A DNA stretch of 64,000 nucleotides from a virus (taxonomy: Duplodnaviria > Caudoviricetes): positions 1-64,000 of IMG/VR virus record IMGVR_UViG_3300020576_005098; one strand, 5' to 3'. This document shows positions 40,248-50,158 of this stretch, piece after piece. The first letter of the stretch is position 1. Every line of letters starts with the position of its first letter. The translations under genes were made by a program, and so were the position numbers. The notes under the pieces were generated by a model, which was not told the origin of the DNA, did no database searches, and saw only the letters and a program-made list of their open reading frames with translations.

Positions 40248-42332
40248 ATGGCACTATCAAAAAAAGACCAAGTAGAAGAAATTCTGAAGTGTGGGAAAGA
40301 TCCCATCTACTTCATTAAGAATTACCTTTACATTCAGCACCCGACCAAAGGAAGGCTTCCCTTCCGCCTCTATCCATTCCAAGAAGAGTGTATTGAATCC
40401 TTCCTGGATTACAAATACAACATCGTTCTAAAGTCCAGGCAGCTTGGTTTGTCAACCACAACAGCCGCTTATTGTCTATGGATGGCTTTGTTCCGGCAAG
40501 ATGCCAACATCCTTCTCATGGCAACAAAACTGGAGGTTGGAAAGGGAATGATCGAGAAGATCAGAACCGCTTTCAAAATGCTTCCAGCTTGGATGTTGAA
40601 CCTGCTGGAGTTGAAGGTTCCGGATGCTGAGTCTGTGAAGTATATCAAGTTCACAAACGGATCAAAGATCACTGCGATTCCAACATCAAAAGACGCTGCT
40701 CGTGGTGAAGCTGTAACTCTTCTTGTAATTGACGAATGTGTCGCTGGTGAAACCCTTATCACTATCAGAAACAAAAAAACTGAATGGGTGAGAAAGGTAC
40801 AAATAGAACGTCTTTTTGACGAAGAGTTTAATGGGCAGTTGGTTGGTGAGCATCAAAAACTGATTGATGAATGGGAAGTCCTGACGCCAGATGGTTGGAG
40901 TTCGTTTTCTGGAATCAAGATGACAGAAAGAGATGAAGTCGTTGAGCTTCGATTCAACGACTCAGAAAAATCATTGGTTTGTTCCTTGAGCCATCAAATC
41001 CGACTGAGCGATGGAAACGGCTTCATTGAGGCTGAAGACGCAGTAGTCGGAGGGGAAATGTTTGGTGGTAAACACATAACAAACAAACGAAAGATAAAGC
41101 AAAAGACCAAACTCTACGACCTGCTGAATGTAGAAAAAGGTCATCAGTATTGGACGGATGATGTAGTCAGCCACAATTGTGCCCACATCGAAAACCTGGA
41201 AGAATTGTGGATGGGTCTCTGGTCTACAGTTTCGACAGGTGGACGCGCAATCGTGTTCTCAACTCCCAAAGGAAGAAACTTCTTCCAACAAATGTGGATG
41301 GGAGCAGAAGTCCCAGAACTTGAACCAAACAAGGTTGGACAGATTTGTAAAGGTGTTGGAAAGAACGGATTCCACGGCATCAAACTTCCTTGGTTCGTCC
41401 ACCCTGAAAGAGATGATGAATGGTTTGATGCTCAATCAAAAGCAATGGACCCACGAGGAATTGCACAAGAGCTTCTTTGTAGTTTTGAAGGGTCCAGCCT
41501 CACCTTCTTCTCGCAAGTTTCTATTGACTACGTTCGCAACCTTTCTTTTCCTCCCATCGCCTTCACCGGACCAGCAGGAAAGGGATTGGATTTGCAAATT
41601 TGGAAAGAACCCGTAGAAGGGCACCGATATGTTTTGTCAGCAGACGTGGCTAGAGGCGACGCAGAGGATTTTAGTGCCTTCCATGTGTTCGACATAAACA
41701 AGTCTGAGGTTGTTGCCGAATACCTTGGTAAAATTCCTCCTGATCGGTTTGGTGAGTGGTTGATTGAGGTTGGCAAGAAATACAACATGGCTCTGATCGT
41801 TGCTGAAAAAAACACGGTTGGTATCGCCACTGCAATCAAGCTGCGAGACTCTGGATATCCGAACCTTTATTACGATGAGGATTTGGCCAACAGGATGCTA
41901 ACCATGACTCCAGACGAGAAGAAGGAATGTCTCCCTGGGTTCACTATTACTCCAAAAAACAGAGAGAAGATTCTGGAGAACCTGGAGCAGGTTATTCGAA
42001 ACAATCACTTGAGACTTTATTCCACAAGGTTTGTTTCGGAAATGGAGTCGTTTATCTGGAATGGTAAGCGTGGGCAAGCACTCAAAAAGCGACACGATGA
42101 CTTGATTATGGCAATGGCAATCGGTTTGCAAGTCTTCACCCCAAACGCCGAACAACAGAATTATTTTGATATCCTGGCAGCAAATCAAGGATTGGCGAAA
42201 GCTATGCTGGCTGGAATGTCAAGAGGTGGTGGAAATGGCAAGGTGGGTGGGAAGAAGATTCCAAGTTTTGTGAACAAAGAGACTGTTCAATTGGAAATGC
42301 AGTTTAGGAAAGAGTTTGGCTGGTTATACTGA
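40248..42332 (+). CDS. terL: terminase large subunit (gp17-like) containing an intein
   Basis: KSRQLGLST Walker A, LLVIDE Walker B, FSTPKG, SADVARG, HDDLIMA nuclease motifs. Confidence 0.95.
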   Translation: MALSKKDQVEEILKCGKDPIYFIKNYLYIQHPTKGRLPFRLYPFQEECIESFLDYKYNIVLKSRQLGLSTTTAAYCLWMALFRQDANILLMATKLEVGKGMIEKIRTAFKMLPAWMLNLLELKVPDAESVKYIKFTNGSKITAIPTSKDAARGEAVTLLVIDECVAGETLITIRNKKTEWVRKVQIERLFDEEFNGQLVGEHQKLIDEWEVLTPDGWSSFSGIKMTERDEVVELRFNDSEKSLVCSLSHQIRLSDGNGFIEAEDAVVGGEMFGGKHITNKRKIKQKTKLYDLLNVEKGHQYWTDDVVSHNCAHIENLEELWMGLWSTVSTGGRAIVFSTPKGRNFFQQMWMGAEVPELEPNKVGQICKGVGKNGFHGIKLPWFVHPERDDEWFDAQSKAMDPRGIAQELLCSFEGSSLTFFSQVSIDYVRNLSFPPIAFTGPAGKGLDLQIWKEPVEGHRYVLSADVARGDAEDFSAFHVFDINKSEVVAEYLGKIPPDRFGEWLIEVGKKYNMALIVAEKNTVGIATAIKLRDSGYPNLYYDEDLANRMLTMTPDEKKECLPGFTITPKNREKILENLEQVIRNNHLRLYSTRFVSEMESFIWNGKRGQALKKRHDDLIMAMAIGLQVFTPNAEQQNYFDILAANQGLAKAMLAGMSRGGGNGKVGGKKIPSFVNKETVQLEMQFRKEFGWLY
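40737..41177 (+). mobile_element. mini-intein (147 aa) in terminase
   Basis: Begins CVAGET after Walker B DE; ends KLYDLLNVEKGHQYWTDDVVSHN followed by Cys; no endonuclease domain. Confidence 0.92.
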
Positions 42333-42338
42333 ACCATG

Positions 42339-43611
42339 TCACATTACACGGTGCATCTTTTTGGTGACAAGATCAAAACCCTTTGGCAACTTTGTCTTTG
42401 CATCAAATGTCGCTTGGCCTAGCCCCATTGCGTCTTCCAAATTGCTTCCGGTAAAATCAACTTCGTAAAACGCAGCGCCAAAAAAATCAACATCCTGCAA
42501 ATAAGCATTCCTCAAGTAAACTTTGGAAAACGCAGAATGTTTCAAGCCGGTAGCAAACAAGTCAACAGAGTTAAGAACACACTGAACAAAACTGCAACTG
42601 TCCATTTTTGCTTCCCTAATTTTGGCACCGCCAAGTTGGCAGCGTGTGAACAAACCTTTGAAAAGCTGGATTTTTTGAAAGGTTCGCCTTTGCGAACCTG
42701 CAATTTACGAAGTTTATCCTCTGAATGTTGGCGCCCGTAAAATCAGATCCTGAGAAATCCACGTCTTCAATGATCATGCTCTTTTCACTGAGACCAATGG
42801 TTTTCAAGATTTGCTTGTTTTCCATATTGCGAAAATCTGTTCCCTGAAAGTCAGTGAGTTTTTTATCTTTCTCGAACAGAGAAACGATGCTGCCCTTTGG
42901 AGTATCAAGAATGCTTGGTTTATTCTTCTTCTCCACGACACTCACGACTTCGACTTGAGCTGTGTTGAAGAACACAGCTTGGTTTGGTTCAAGGTGATGA
43001 ATAATTTGAAATCCATCATCAACAACTCCATCATATCCAAGGACTTTCCAGAGAATGTAAGACCATTTCCCCGTTGGGCCACCCCCTCTATCCTTCTTCT
43101 GGGTAGGTTGAAAATCTGGGTCAACAGAATCTGCACCAGCCAACAGCCTTGTGATATTCCAGATCATTGAACCAGAAAAATTCTGGTTATCCCTTGCTCC
43201 TCTTCTTGCATACTCAATCGCCTTTTGCGAAAACCCCGAAGCAACAAGTTTTTCTACGTCTTGCTGGAGATTCTCCGGGGAGTAAGTCGTGAAATCCAAT
43301 AGTTTTGCCGTTGGTTTTGGTCTGATTACAACAGCGTAAGGTCTATTGGTTGCAAACCTCATGATCTTTCTTCGATCAAGAAAGTAGGCGTAGAAGCCAA
43401 TGGGAGTCTTGTACTGGTTTTTGAGGTACAAACCCATTCTGGGATAATCCGAGAAGTGAACAAACAAGTTGTCATCTGTCTTGTTTTGTTGTTCTAGGGC
43501 AGCAAGTTCCTCTTGCCAAGAAATCGGTTTGGCCCCGAGTTCCTTTTTGTACCTGGAGATTTCAAGGAGAGTAAGAGGCTTGATAAGAGGAGAAAGGAGA
43601 TGATTGCTCAT
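42339..43611 (-). CDS. protein with C-terminal pentapeptide repeats, split by a +1 frameshift in an A6 run
   Basis: 331-aa and 104-aa ORFs join as KANLSKIQLFKGLFTRCQLGG if one A is removed at 42671-42676. Confidence 0.75.
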
Positions 43612-43698
43612 GGAAGGTAAATAAAGGGAAGGAGCTATAAGAACACTCCTTCAATCCCTCTTCTGGTTATCTTCCACTAACCTTGAGTTACCAAGGAG

Positions 43699-45381
43699 TT
43701 ACGCGATACCCGCTATTTTCCAACCCTCTACGACTTTGATAAAATTGGGAAGTTCGGCATTCAGTTTTCCCAAAGCTTTTCTGAGGTTTTCTACGCTGGC
43801 TCTCAAGTATTTGGCTTGTTCAGACTCACCAGGAGAAAGATTAGGACTAATGCTTAAAGATTGTGGTGCTTGTGCTGCCGCAGCCCTAGCTGCCTTTTGT
43901 TGTTGTGCGTATTGTTGTGCTATTCTTGCTGCGGGACGAACTCCCCCACGAGCAGCAATTTCTTGTGATGAGGGCATAGTATTTTGTGGGGCAGGAATAG
44001 AGAATGCGGCTTGTTCTACCTGTCGAGTGTTTTCCAAGAGTCTTGTTTGCACCGAAGCTGGAGCAGCCTGATTCAACGCCTGGAGAGCACTGACGAGGCC
44101 AACACTGCTGTCCTTTAGAGCAAGGAGTGCAGTTTTTTTGCTGTTCACGATACTTTTGAGACCGCCTTGTAGTTGACTGTTATTTTGCAGGAGCAGGTTT
44201 TGATTCGGCCCGTAAGCGACTTCGGTTGTCCTAGCAAGGACTTGCAAATTGTCGTTAATGGCTTGTGTGGTATACCTTGGCGCTCGACTTCCTGGGCCTT
44301 CCCAGTAGCTTCCACCTTCAGCAAATACAAACTTTTTTGCTGCCCAAGCAACCAAAGCAGCAAGCCCAGCCAAAATTGCTCCAATCAAGAACTGCTCATC
44401 CAGCCTTCCTGGAGGATTTGTTGCTTCTACGAGTTGTTTGTTGGTTCCTGCGATCCGCGTTGTGGTACTTTGGATCAATCCAACTGCTGTCACAAGGTTT
44501 TCACCAAAATTGTGGATGTCTTGGACGGCTGAGGCAACAGCAGCACGAGTTTGTTTAACCTTTTCCTTATCATCCGGGGCAGCGGCAGAAGAAAGAGTAT
44601 TGTTGTTTCGAGGAAAGGGAGGGAGTGCTTGTGCTTCACCAATAAAACGCTGCTGATACCTTTCAAAGTCACCTTCGGTCAGAGTTCCGTTCTCAACCAA
44701 ATTTTTCAAGCTTGAGAGAAGGTTCAACACTTCACCAAGTTGTGTTTGTTGTGCTGAGGCAGCGGGAGGAGGAGCAGCAGCAGCGGGAGTATTCCTATTT
44801 TGAGCAGGGAGTGCTGGAAGGGAGGGGATCGTTACCCTCCCTGCTGGCTCTGCTGTTGGTTGCGTGTTAACGAGTGATTCAGTGTCTTTGAGTGCTTTGG
44901 CAAGTATTTTTGCTGAATCAATAACCCCCGTGTTGCTTGAGTTAAAGAACAAAGGAAGAATCTTGGCACACGCAGCAGCAACAGAGGCAGCTTGCTCTTT
45001 TTGCTCTTGTCTCCATTTGTCAGCAGCGTTTTCGAGAGCCTTGAATTCTTTGGATTGGGCGATATTGTCAAAAATGACCTTGGCTTCTTTTGTTCTTTCA
45101 CCTTCGAAAACATCAAGAAACCAAGCCAGGAACCAGACGGGAGTATTTTCGTTGATGCGTGCGGTGTTTTGCCTCAATTCTACCAAGGCAGTTTGAATTT
45201 GCTGTATCTTTTGGCCCTCGTCCGATGTTTGTTTTCCAACGGCAGACTTGAACTTGTCACCGAAAGAGAGTTTGATAAGCTTGGTAACGTTGTTGTCTGA
45301 GAACAGAACGTTAGCCATAGCACTGAATGCGCCTGCTGGGACGATGACATCAGGGCCGTTGAAGTTGATTTTGACTGCCAT
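43699..45381 (-). CDS. hypothetical protein, possibly virion/ejection protein
   Basis: 560 aa, Ala/Gln-rich, one internal hydrophobic helix after LDEQ; TACTTA motif upstream. Confidence 0.7.
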   Translation of the reverse strand: MAVKINFNGPDVIVPAGAFSAMANVLFSDNNVTKLIKLSFGDKFKSAVGKQTSDEGQKIQQIQTALVELRQNTARINENTPVWFLAWFLDVFEGERTKEAKVIFDNIAQSKEFKALENAADKWRQEQKEQAASVAAACAKILPLFFNSSNTGVIDSAKILAKALKDTESLVNTQPTAEPAGRVTIPSLPALPAQNRNTPAAAAPPPAASAQQTQLGEVLNLLSSLKNLVENGTLTEGDFERYQQRFIGEAQALPPFPRNNNTLSSAAAPDDKEKVKQTRAAVASAVQDIHNFGENLVTAVGLIQSTTTRIAGTNKQLVEATNPPGRLDEQFLIGAILAGLAALVAWAAKKFVFAEGGSYWEGPGSRAPRYTTQAINDNLQVLARTTEVAYGPNQNLLLQNNSQLQGGLKSIVNSKKTALLALKDSSVGLVSALQALNQAAPASVQTRLLENTRQVEQAAFSIPAPQNTMPSSQEIAARGGVRPAARIAQQYAQQQKAARAAAAQAPQSLSISPNLSPGESEQAKYLRASVENLRKALGKLNAELPNFIKVVEGWKIAGIA

Positions 45382-45392
45382 ATTGTTGCAGC

Positions 45393-45761
45393 CTAAGTAT
45401 TGTCCTTCACTTCCCGCATGAAACGACAGATACCGGCTTTCTTTGCCTCGGGTGTCGCAGGGTTGATAATCCCAGTAAAAACCCAGCCAATCATTTGTGT
45501 TTCACAGACCAACACCTTCAAATAACTCCAAGATTTTTTTGGGACTTCAACAAGAACAAACAGTTGTTTTGGTTTGAGATAAACCGCCATTGTCCATCGC
45601 TGATGTGGGAGGCCAATGACTTTTGCCCCCCTTTTTGAACGCAGCAGTGGTCTTGCGGTATCGGAAACGTACTGATATAACCCACCAACCCGAACTTCTA
45701 CTTCTGGTATTGTGAACGTACTTGAGCTGGGCTTCTTTGCTGTTGACATTTTCTCTCTCAA
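45393..45761 (-). CDS. hypothetical SH3-like beta protein
   Basis: 122 aa; VRVGGLYQY...LFVLVEV...YLKVLV...IGWV pattern. Confidence 0.55.
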   Translation of the reverse strand: MREKMSTAKKPSSSTFTIPEVEVRVGGLYQYVSDTARPLLRSKRGAKVIGLPHQRWTMAVYLKPKQLFVLVEVPKKSWSYLKVLVCETQMIGWVFTGIINPATPEAKKAGICRFMREVKDNT

Positions 45762-45814
45762 TACATCTTGATGAAATGTTATTCAGTGCTTACAGTTGTC
45801 TCTGGAGTTAGAAA

Positions 45815-46615
45815 ATGACAACAAGAAGAGGGTTGATCAAATACCCAAAGACACCAAAGCCCAACAACAAAGAAGATCACGAACTGTTTCTCACATATCA
45901 AGGAACCAAAGTTTTCAACGAAAGTGGCAAACTTATTTCTTCTGATTTGAAATTGCGGAATCAGTTAGCGGATAGGAATGCAAGGCTTGTCACTTTTATG
46001 GTGAACAAGTTTTACAGCAAGAAGAAGAGGCACTTGGAGTTGAGAGATGATCTTCTTCAAGAAGGTCACATTGGATTGGTCCACGCAGTTGAAGGCTTTA
46101 AGCCTGAAATGGGTATTATGTTTAGCACATACGCTGGAATCTGGATTCGCCAAGCCATTCAAACCTACCTTTTGGAACATGATCCGATCATGCCAATTCC
46201 AGGGCATGTCAGAACTGCCAACAACAAACTCGCAAAGTTTTGTGCTGAATCCGGCAAAGGCACCAAATTTTTCGAATTGACCGATGAAGACCTGGAGAAA
46301 CTTGAAATCACACCAAACATGGTTTCTTGCGTTCAAGCTGCACGACAAATTGTCGGTGCAAAATTCAACTACCTTGATTTTTTTCACGAGCCAAAGCAGG
46401 AAAACGAGATCTCAGAGGCCAACTTTCTACGAGGTTTTTCAGACAATCAGATGGATAGCCTTTCCAACTCTCGTTTGTTGGTTGCGGCGAAGAAGGCATT
46501 TTCTCAACTAACTCTCAGAGAACAGTGTGTTCTTCTGGAGAGATATGGAATTGATTCCAAACCACATTGGAACGGTCAAACTTTTTTGAGCGAAGAAGGG
46601 AGTGAAGTGAAATGA
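45815..46615 (+). CDS. RNA polymerase sigma70-family factor
   Basis: Region 2 DDLLQEGHIGLVHAVEGFKPEMGIMFSTYAGIWIRQAI; ends shortly after region 4.1-like LTLREQCVLLERYGI. Confidence 0.9.
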   Translation: MTTRRGLIKYPKTPKPNNKEDHELFLTYQGTKVFNESGKLISSDLKLRNQLADRNARLVTFMVNKFYSKKKRHLELRDDLLQEGHIGLVHAVEGFKPEMGIMFSTYAGIWIRQAIQTYLLEHDPIMPIPGHVRTANNKLAKFCAESGKGTKFFELTDEDLEKLEITPNMVSCVQAARQIVGAKFNYLDFFHEPKQENEISEANFLRGFSDNQMDSLSNSRLLVAAKKAFSQLTLREQCVLLERYGIDSKPHWNGQTFLSEEGSEVK

Positions 46616-46896
46616 GTGCATCAACAGGAAAATATATCACGATTGAAGAGGGTGAAGATTTCAGATCCATCGCTGCCAAGATGCGAAGTCTTGGGTCAAA
46701 AATGAATCATGCAACCGCGAGGAACGTTACTTTGCTGGGAATGCAGAAATTTCTTGGCAATCTTGCTCGTGAGTTGAATCATCCTTTGGATGATGAGTCT
46801 TGCAAGAAGTTGACCCAGCAACAACATATTCATGAGTTGATCGGGGAAATTCTTCCCTTGATTTGTGATGACATGAAGGAAGTAAAGGTAAAATAA
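46612..46896 (+). CDS. small HTH-like protein coupled to the sigma gene
   Basis: ATGA overlap; DFRSIAAKMRSLGSKMNHATARNV helix-turn-helix-like segment. Confidence 0.6.
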   Translation: MSASTGKYITIEEGEDFRSIAAKMRSLGSKMNHATARNVTLLGMQKFLGNLARELNHPLDDESCKKLTQQQHIHELIGEILPLICDDMKEVKVK

Positions 46897-47219
46897 TGCC
46901 CGGCGGAAATCTTATTCAGCAACAACAACAAACCGACCTCAGAGGATTCCTTGGCAGAAGAAGGGTTACTCTCCAAGAATGGATGCAGGCAAACAAAATC
47001 ATCGACGCAGAGGGCCTTGGAAGGCTTATCGCTGACAGTAAATGGTATGTGGATACCGAACTACTATCCGAAGCTCAAAGCCTCCTAAAAAGCCACACAG
47101 AAGCTCCCAGGAAAACCCCTGTTCCTGCTGAAGAAAAAGTGGTTGAAGCTCCTGTTGAAGAGAAGGTTGAAGTTGTGACTCCAACAACAAACCAAGTAAA
47201 AAGGAAAAAGGGTGTCTAG
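46896..47219 (+). CDS. hypothetical protein
   Basis: 107 aa, coupled. Confidence 0.65.
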   Translation: MPGGNLIQQQQQTDLRGFLGRRRVTLQEWMQANKIIDAEGLGRLIADSKWYVDTELLSEAQSLLKSHTEAPRKTPVPAEEKVVEAPVEEKVEVVTPTTNQVKRKKGV

Positions 47220-47235
47220 GTAGCTCTAGGAGACA

Positions 47236-47463
47236 ATGAGTTCCAGGTACCAAAAAGAAAAGCGTTTTCGTCCTCGCAATGATCCATACCGCAGACAACA
47301 CTTCAACGCTGGGAAATATACCAGGGTCGAAAGAGTAGTTGTTCTTCCCCCAAAATCAACACAAGAACTTCACCAACAAGAGCCTGAAGAGAATGTAGAA
47401 ACAACTCTCTCTGGTTCTTCTGTTGATGAGAGTTTTTCTGAGATTTCAACAGAGGCAAGCTGA
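47236..47463 (+). CDS. hypothetical protein
   Basis: 75 aa; AGGAG RBS. Confidence 0.55.
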   Translation: MSSRYQKEKRFRPRNDPYRRQHFNAGKYTRVERVVVLPPKSTQELHQQEPEENVETTLSGSSVDESFSEISTEAS

Positions 47464-47483
47464 ATAGTTACCGCTCATAAACC

Positions 47484-48158
47484 ATGAGCATGAGTGAAAG
47501 AATCGGACTGGGAGATTTCGGCAAACTTGTAAGACCGAAAACTCTCACCGATGTTTTTCTGCTCAACCCCTCCGCCACACCAGATATTGAAGATTGGTGG
47601 ATTGAAAACAGAAAACTTTCGCATTCCTCCACAACCTTCAACAAAGATATGTTGGCTGGGACATATGGAATGAACCTTGACGTTTTGTTTTCTGATCTTT
47701 CCATCAATTCCTACCACTGCAAAATAACATCATTTCTTGTCCTGGTATCCAGTGAGTACAAACTCCTGACAACACCCGAACAGGCTGAGTTCTACAAAAT
47801 AAGGAAACCGAAAGCCAAGGTAAAAGCTGTCGGCGTTACCATCTTCAAAAACTCAAATGAGATTTGGAAGCCAAATGACTCTGGGTTGGTTTGGTTGTTC
47901 AGACCAAGAAGCTTGGTCAGGATGGAAGATGTAAAACTGTTTGAAGTAATTGAGGTGGGAGATATCATCCAGTTCCAAAAAACGGCTGGAATGATTGTAA
48001 AGGTGCTAGAAGTTCGACGGAAAAGATTCTACTTGAGCACTTCTTGGACAAACCGTTCCATCACCTTATTGACTGGATCAACAGGGAAACTTCTTCAGTT
48101 GAACCCAGACAGACCTTTCAAAATAATCAAAGCGAAACAATCTCAAATGTCGTCGTAG
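47484..48158 (+). CDS. hypothetical protein
   Basis: 224 aa; TAGTTA motif at about 47465. Confidence 0.65.
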   Translation: MSMSERIGLGDFGKLVRPKTLTDVFLLNPSATPDIEDWWIENRKLSHSSTTFNKDMLAGTYGMNLDVLFSDLSINSYHCKITSFLVLVSSEYKLLTTPEQAEFYKIRKPKAKVKAVGVTIFKNSNEIWKPNDSGLVWLFRPRSLVRMEDVKLFEVIEVGDIIQFQKTAGMIVKVLEVRRKRFYLSTSWTNRSITLLTGSTGKLLQLNPDRPFKIIKAKQSQMSS

Positions 48159-48352
48159 TCGAAATCTTGATCTTCGTCTTCGGTTTGAAGAGGAGGGTCT
48201 TCCTCCCTGTCACGCACATTCTGAACGACACAAATCGCATCCTCAATCGTTGCTATTTCGTCCACATCAATATCGTGCTTGTTTTCCTCAAGAAATTCTT
48301 CCAAACGTTTTTCTAGTTGGTTTAAGGCTCTGGCTCTGCTGCTCGATGTCAT
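48143..48352 (-). CDS. small acidic protein
   Basis: Start inferred at MTSSSRARAL, overlapping the stop of 48349..48699. Confidence 0.55.
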   Translation of the reverse strand: MTSSSRARALNQLEKRLEEFLEENKHDIDVDEIATIEDAICVVQNVRDREEDPPLQTEDEDQDFDYDDI

Positions 48353-48699
48353 GTCGTTTGTTGTTCCGTTTCTTCTTCTATGGGAATTAGTTGAAAATTC
48401 TTGTCTTTGACAATCCAACCCATTCGAGTATCCCCATATAGACACTCATAATAGAAATGACCATAAGGATCTACAACTTCCCGCAACAACACAAACATCT
48501 CAGAAAAACCCTTCAAACCCCAAGGCTTCACACCAGAAGTCGTTAATCGTCCCAAGTTTTCCGTCGTTGTTGAAACAATGGTTTCGTTTTTTTTCAAACG
48601 CGATTCGAGCAACAAATCCAAATCTGGGTAAACAGCAACAAATACTGGCTTTCTTGTGTTCCTTTTGCTTTTCAGGGTGCAAATGGATCCTGGTTTCAT
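48349..48699 (-). CDS. hypothetical SH3-like protein
   Basis: 116 aa; MKPGSI...FVLLREV...YECLYG..MGWI, same style as 45393. Confidence 0.6.
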   Translation of the reverse strand: MKPGSICTLKSKRNTRKPVFVAVYPDLDLLLESRLKKNETIVSTTTENLGRLTTSGVKPWGLKGFSEMFVLLREVVDPYGHFYYECLYGDTRMGWIVKDKNFQLIPIEEETEQQTT

Positions 48700-48719
48700 A
48701 TTCCCTAGCTAGATTCATC

Positions 48720-48965
48720 ATGTTCGTTGCTGAATCTCAAAGATACTATGACCATGCTTTCCAAGAAAGCAAGACGATAGCAAGAGTCCAATATGATTCC
48801 CTTCTTTGCTCTCTTCTGGTTATCTTCCACACCGGCACCCAATACCTCTATTTTTCAGTGCCTCCGGAAGTTCATCAGTCCCTTCTCGATGCCCCAAGCC
48901 CAGGAAAATTCTTCCACTCCAACATCCGAGGAAAGTTCAGACACGAACGCCTGATCAATACCTAA
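48720..48965 (+). CDS. KTSC-domain protein
   Basis: SKTIARVQYD...LLVIFHTGTQYLYFSVPPEVHQSLLDAPSPGKFFHSNIRG. Confidence 0.85.
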   Translation: MFVAESQRYYDHAFQESKTIARVQYDSLLCSLLVIFHTGTQYLYFSVPPEVHQSLLDAPSPGKFFHSNIRGKFRHERLINT

Positions 48966-48969
48966 ACCC

Positions 48970-49545
48970 ATGAAACTAAGCCAAATTCTATTCACCAACG
49001 AAAATTCTGGTGATTTTTCAGGGGCTGGGACTTTTCAGGGTGGACCATACGGCTTCGGAAACAAACACCAACTCGCTGCACCAGAACCCTGGGAAGGTCT
49101 CGAAGACAAAGAAAAACCAGAAGAAACCTTCCTCAAAGAACGAAGTCCGTCCGATATTCTCTATCGAGATCTTCCAGGATTTCCAAGGATGAATACTCTT
49201 GCAAAACCAGTGGATCATATCCCGCACACACCCTCAGACGAAGAAAGATACAATGTTCCCGATCTCATTCCTCCCGGAAGAGATGGAGAAGCAGGTGAAC
49301 ATTTTGGTTATGGTCCTCTCGAAGAAGACCCAGCCATTCTCGCCCACCACACCAACTGGATTGAAAAAGAAACCGAATCACAACACGCAGGATATTCCTC
49401 CAGTGAAATTACAACAAACTCAGTTCCAACTCATGGCGGAAGTGCTGGTGTTATCTCAAAACCTGTGAAACACGTTCCCGGACCCGTAGACATCTACAAA
49501 AAAGGTTCCGGTTCCGGCTACTCTCTCGGTGAATGCCTCTTCTAA
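48970..49545 (+). CDS. hypothetical protein with head-targeting-like N-terminus
   Basis: MKLSQILFTNEN; TACCTA 6 nt upstream. Confidence 0.7.
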   Translation: MKLSQILFTNENSGDFSGAGTFQGGPYGFGNKHQLAAPEPWEGLEDKEKPEETFLKERSPSDILYRDLPGFPRMNTLAKPVDHIPHTPSDEERYNVPDLIPPGRDGEAGEHFGYGPLEEDPAILAHHTNWIEKETESQHAGYSSSEITTNSVPTHGGSAGVISKPVKHVPGPVDIYKKGSGSGYSLGECLF

Positions 49546-49557
49546 CTCCCACCACAT

Positions 49558-49663
49558 AAACGCTACGGCACCTATACGCCTTATCTGTGCCACGAAATAA
49601 CCCGGACGGGTGAGAGGGTGTCGAAACAATTCGGGAGCCTTAAAAAGCATCCTGGAGCGATTT
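49558..49663 (+). repeat. ~100-bp dispersed element, copy C
   Basis: Shares ctatacgccttat and acgggtgagag with copy A; 3' end matches the start of copy B at 21/22 (reverse complement). Confidence 0.75.
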
Positions 49664-49743
49664 GAAGTCCGAGGTTGTTTGTTCGTGCTGGAACAAGAAA
49701 AAACTTTAGAATGACGAATGTTGTTGACGGGTGAATTGGGACC

Positions 49744-50088
49744 GTGGTAGACATGGCTCATCCTCAAGAAAAGGAGACAGCGATGACAACCGAAGCAAAG
49801 ATGCGTGAAGTCCTTGTTCAAATGTGGGAAGAGAGTGAGAGAGGTTGGGGTTGCCGACCAGATGGTTTTTCCCTCCATCTCAGTCAAGATGACTTGAACA
49901 AGTACGTCAAGGCTTATTGGGATCGAATGCCCACTGTGGCCCCCGATGAGTACAGTCGTCCCGATGGAAAACCTTTCAAAGCTCTTGTCTCAGAGGAGTG
50001 TTACCAACAACTCGTTGAAGCTTCCCCCGTGAAGTTTGGACTGAGGTACTGGGACAGTGAGAAACGTTTGTTTGCCAGGATTTCCTAA
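49744..50088 (+). CDS. hypothetical protein
   Basis: 114 aa; WEESERGWGCRPDGFSLH. Confidence 0.7.
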   Translation: MVDMAHPQEKETAMTTEAKMREVLVQMWEESERGWGCRPDGFSLHLSQDDLNKYVKAYWDRMPTVAPDEYSRPDGKPFKALVSEECYQQLVEASPVKFGLRYWDSEKRLFARIS

Positions 50089-50158
50089 CCTTTCAACAAA
50101 GAGATCGAAAGTGGTTGACTAGATAAAAGAGAGGTGTTACAAGTAGACATCTCTCGCT

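Noticed and set aside
42671-42676. Link between the 8-nt-loop tRNAs and the A6 frameshift
   Set aside because: The quadruplets GTTT and GAAA would read AAAC and UUUC, not the AAAA/AAAU context at this site
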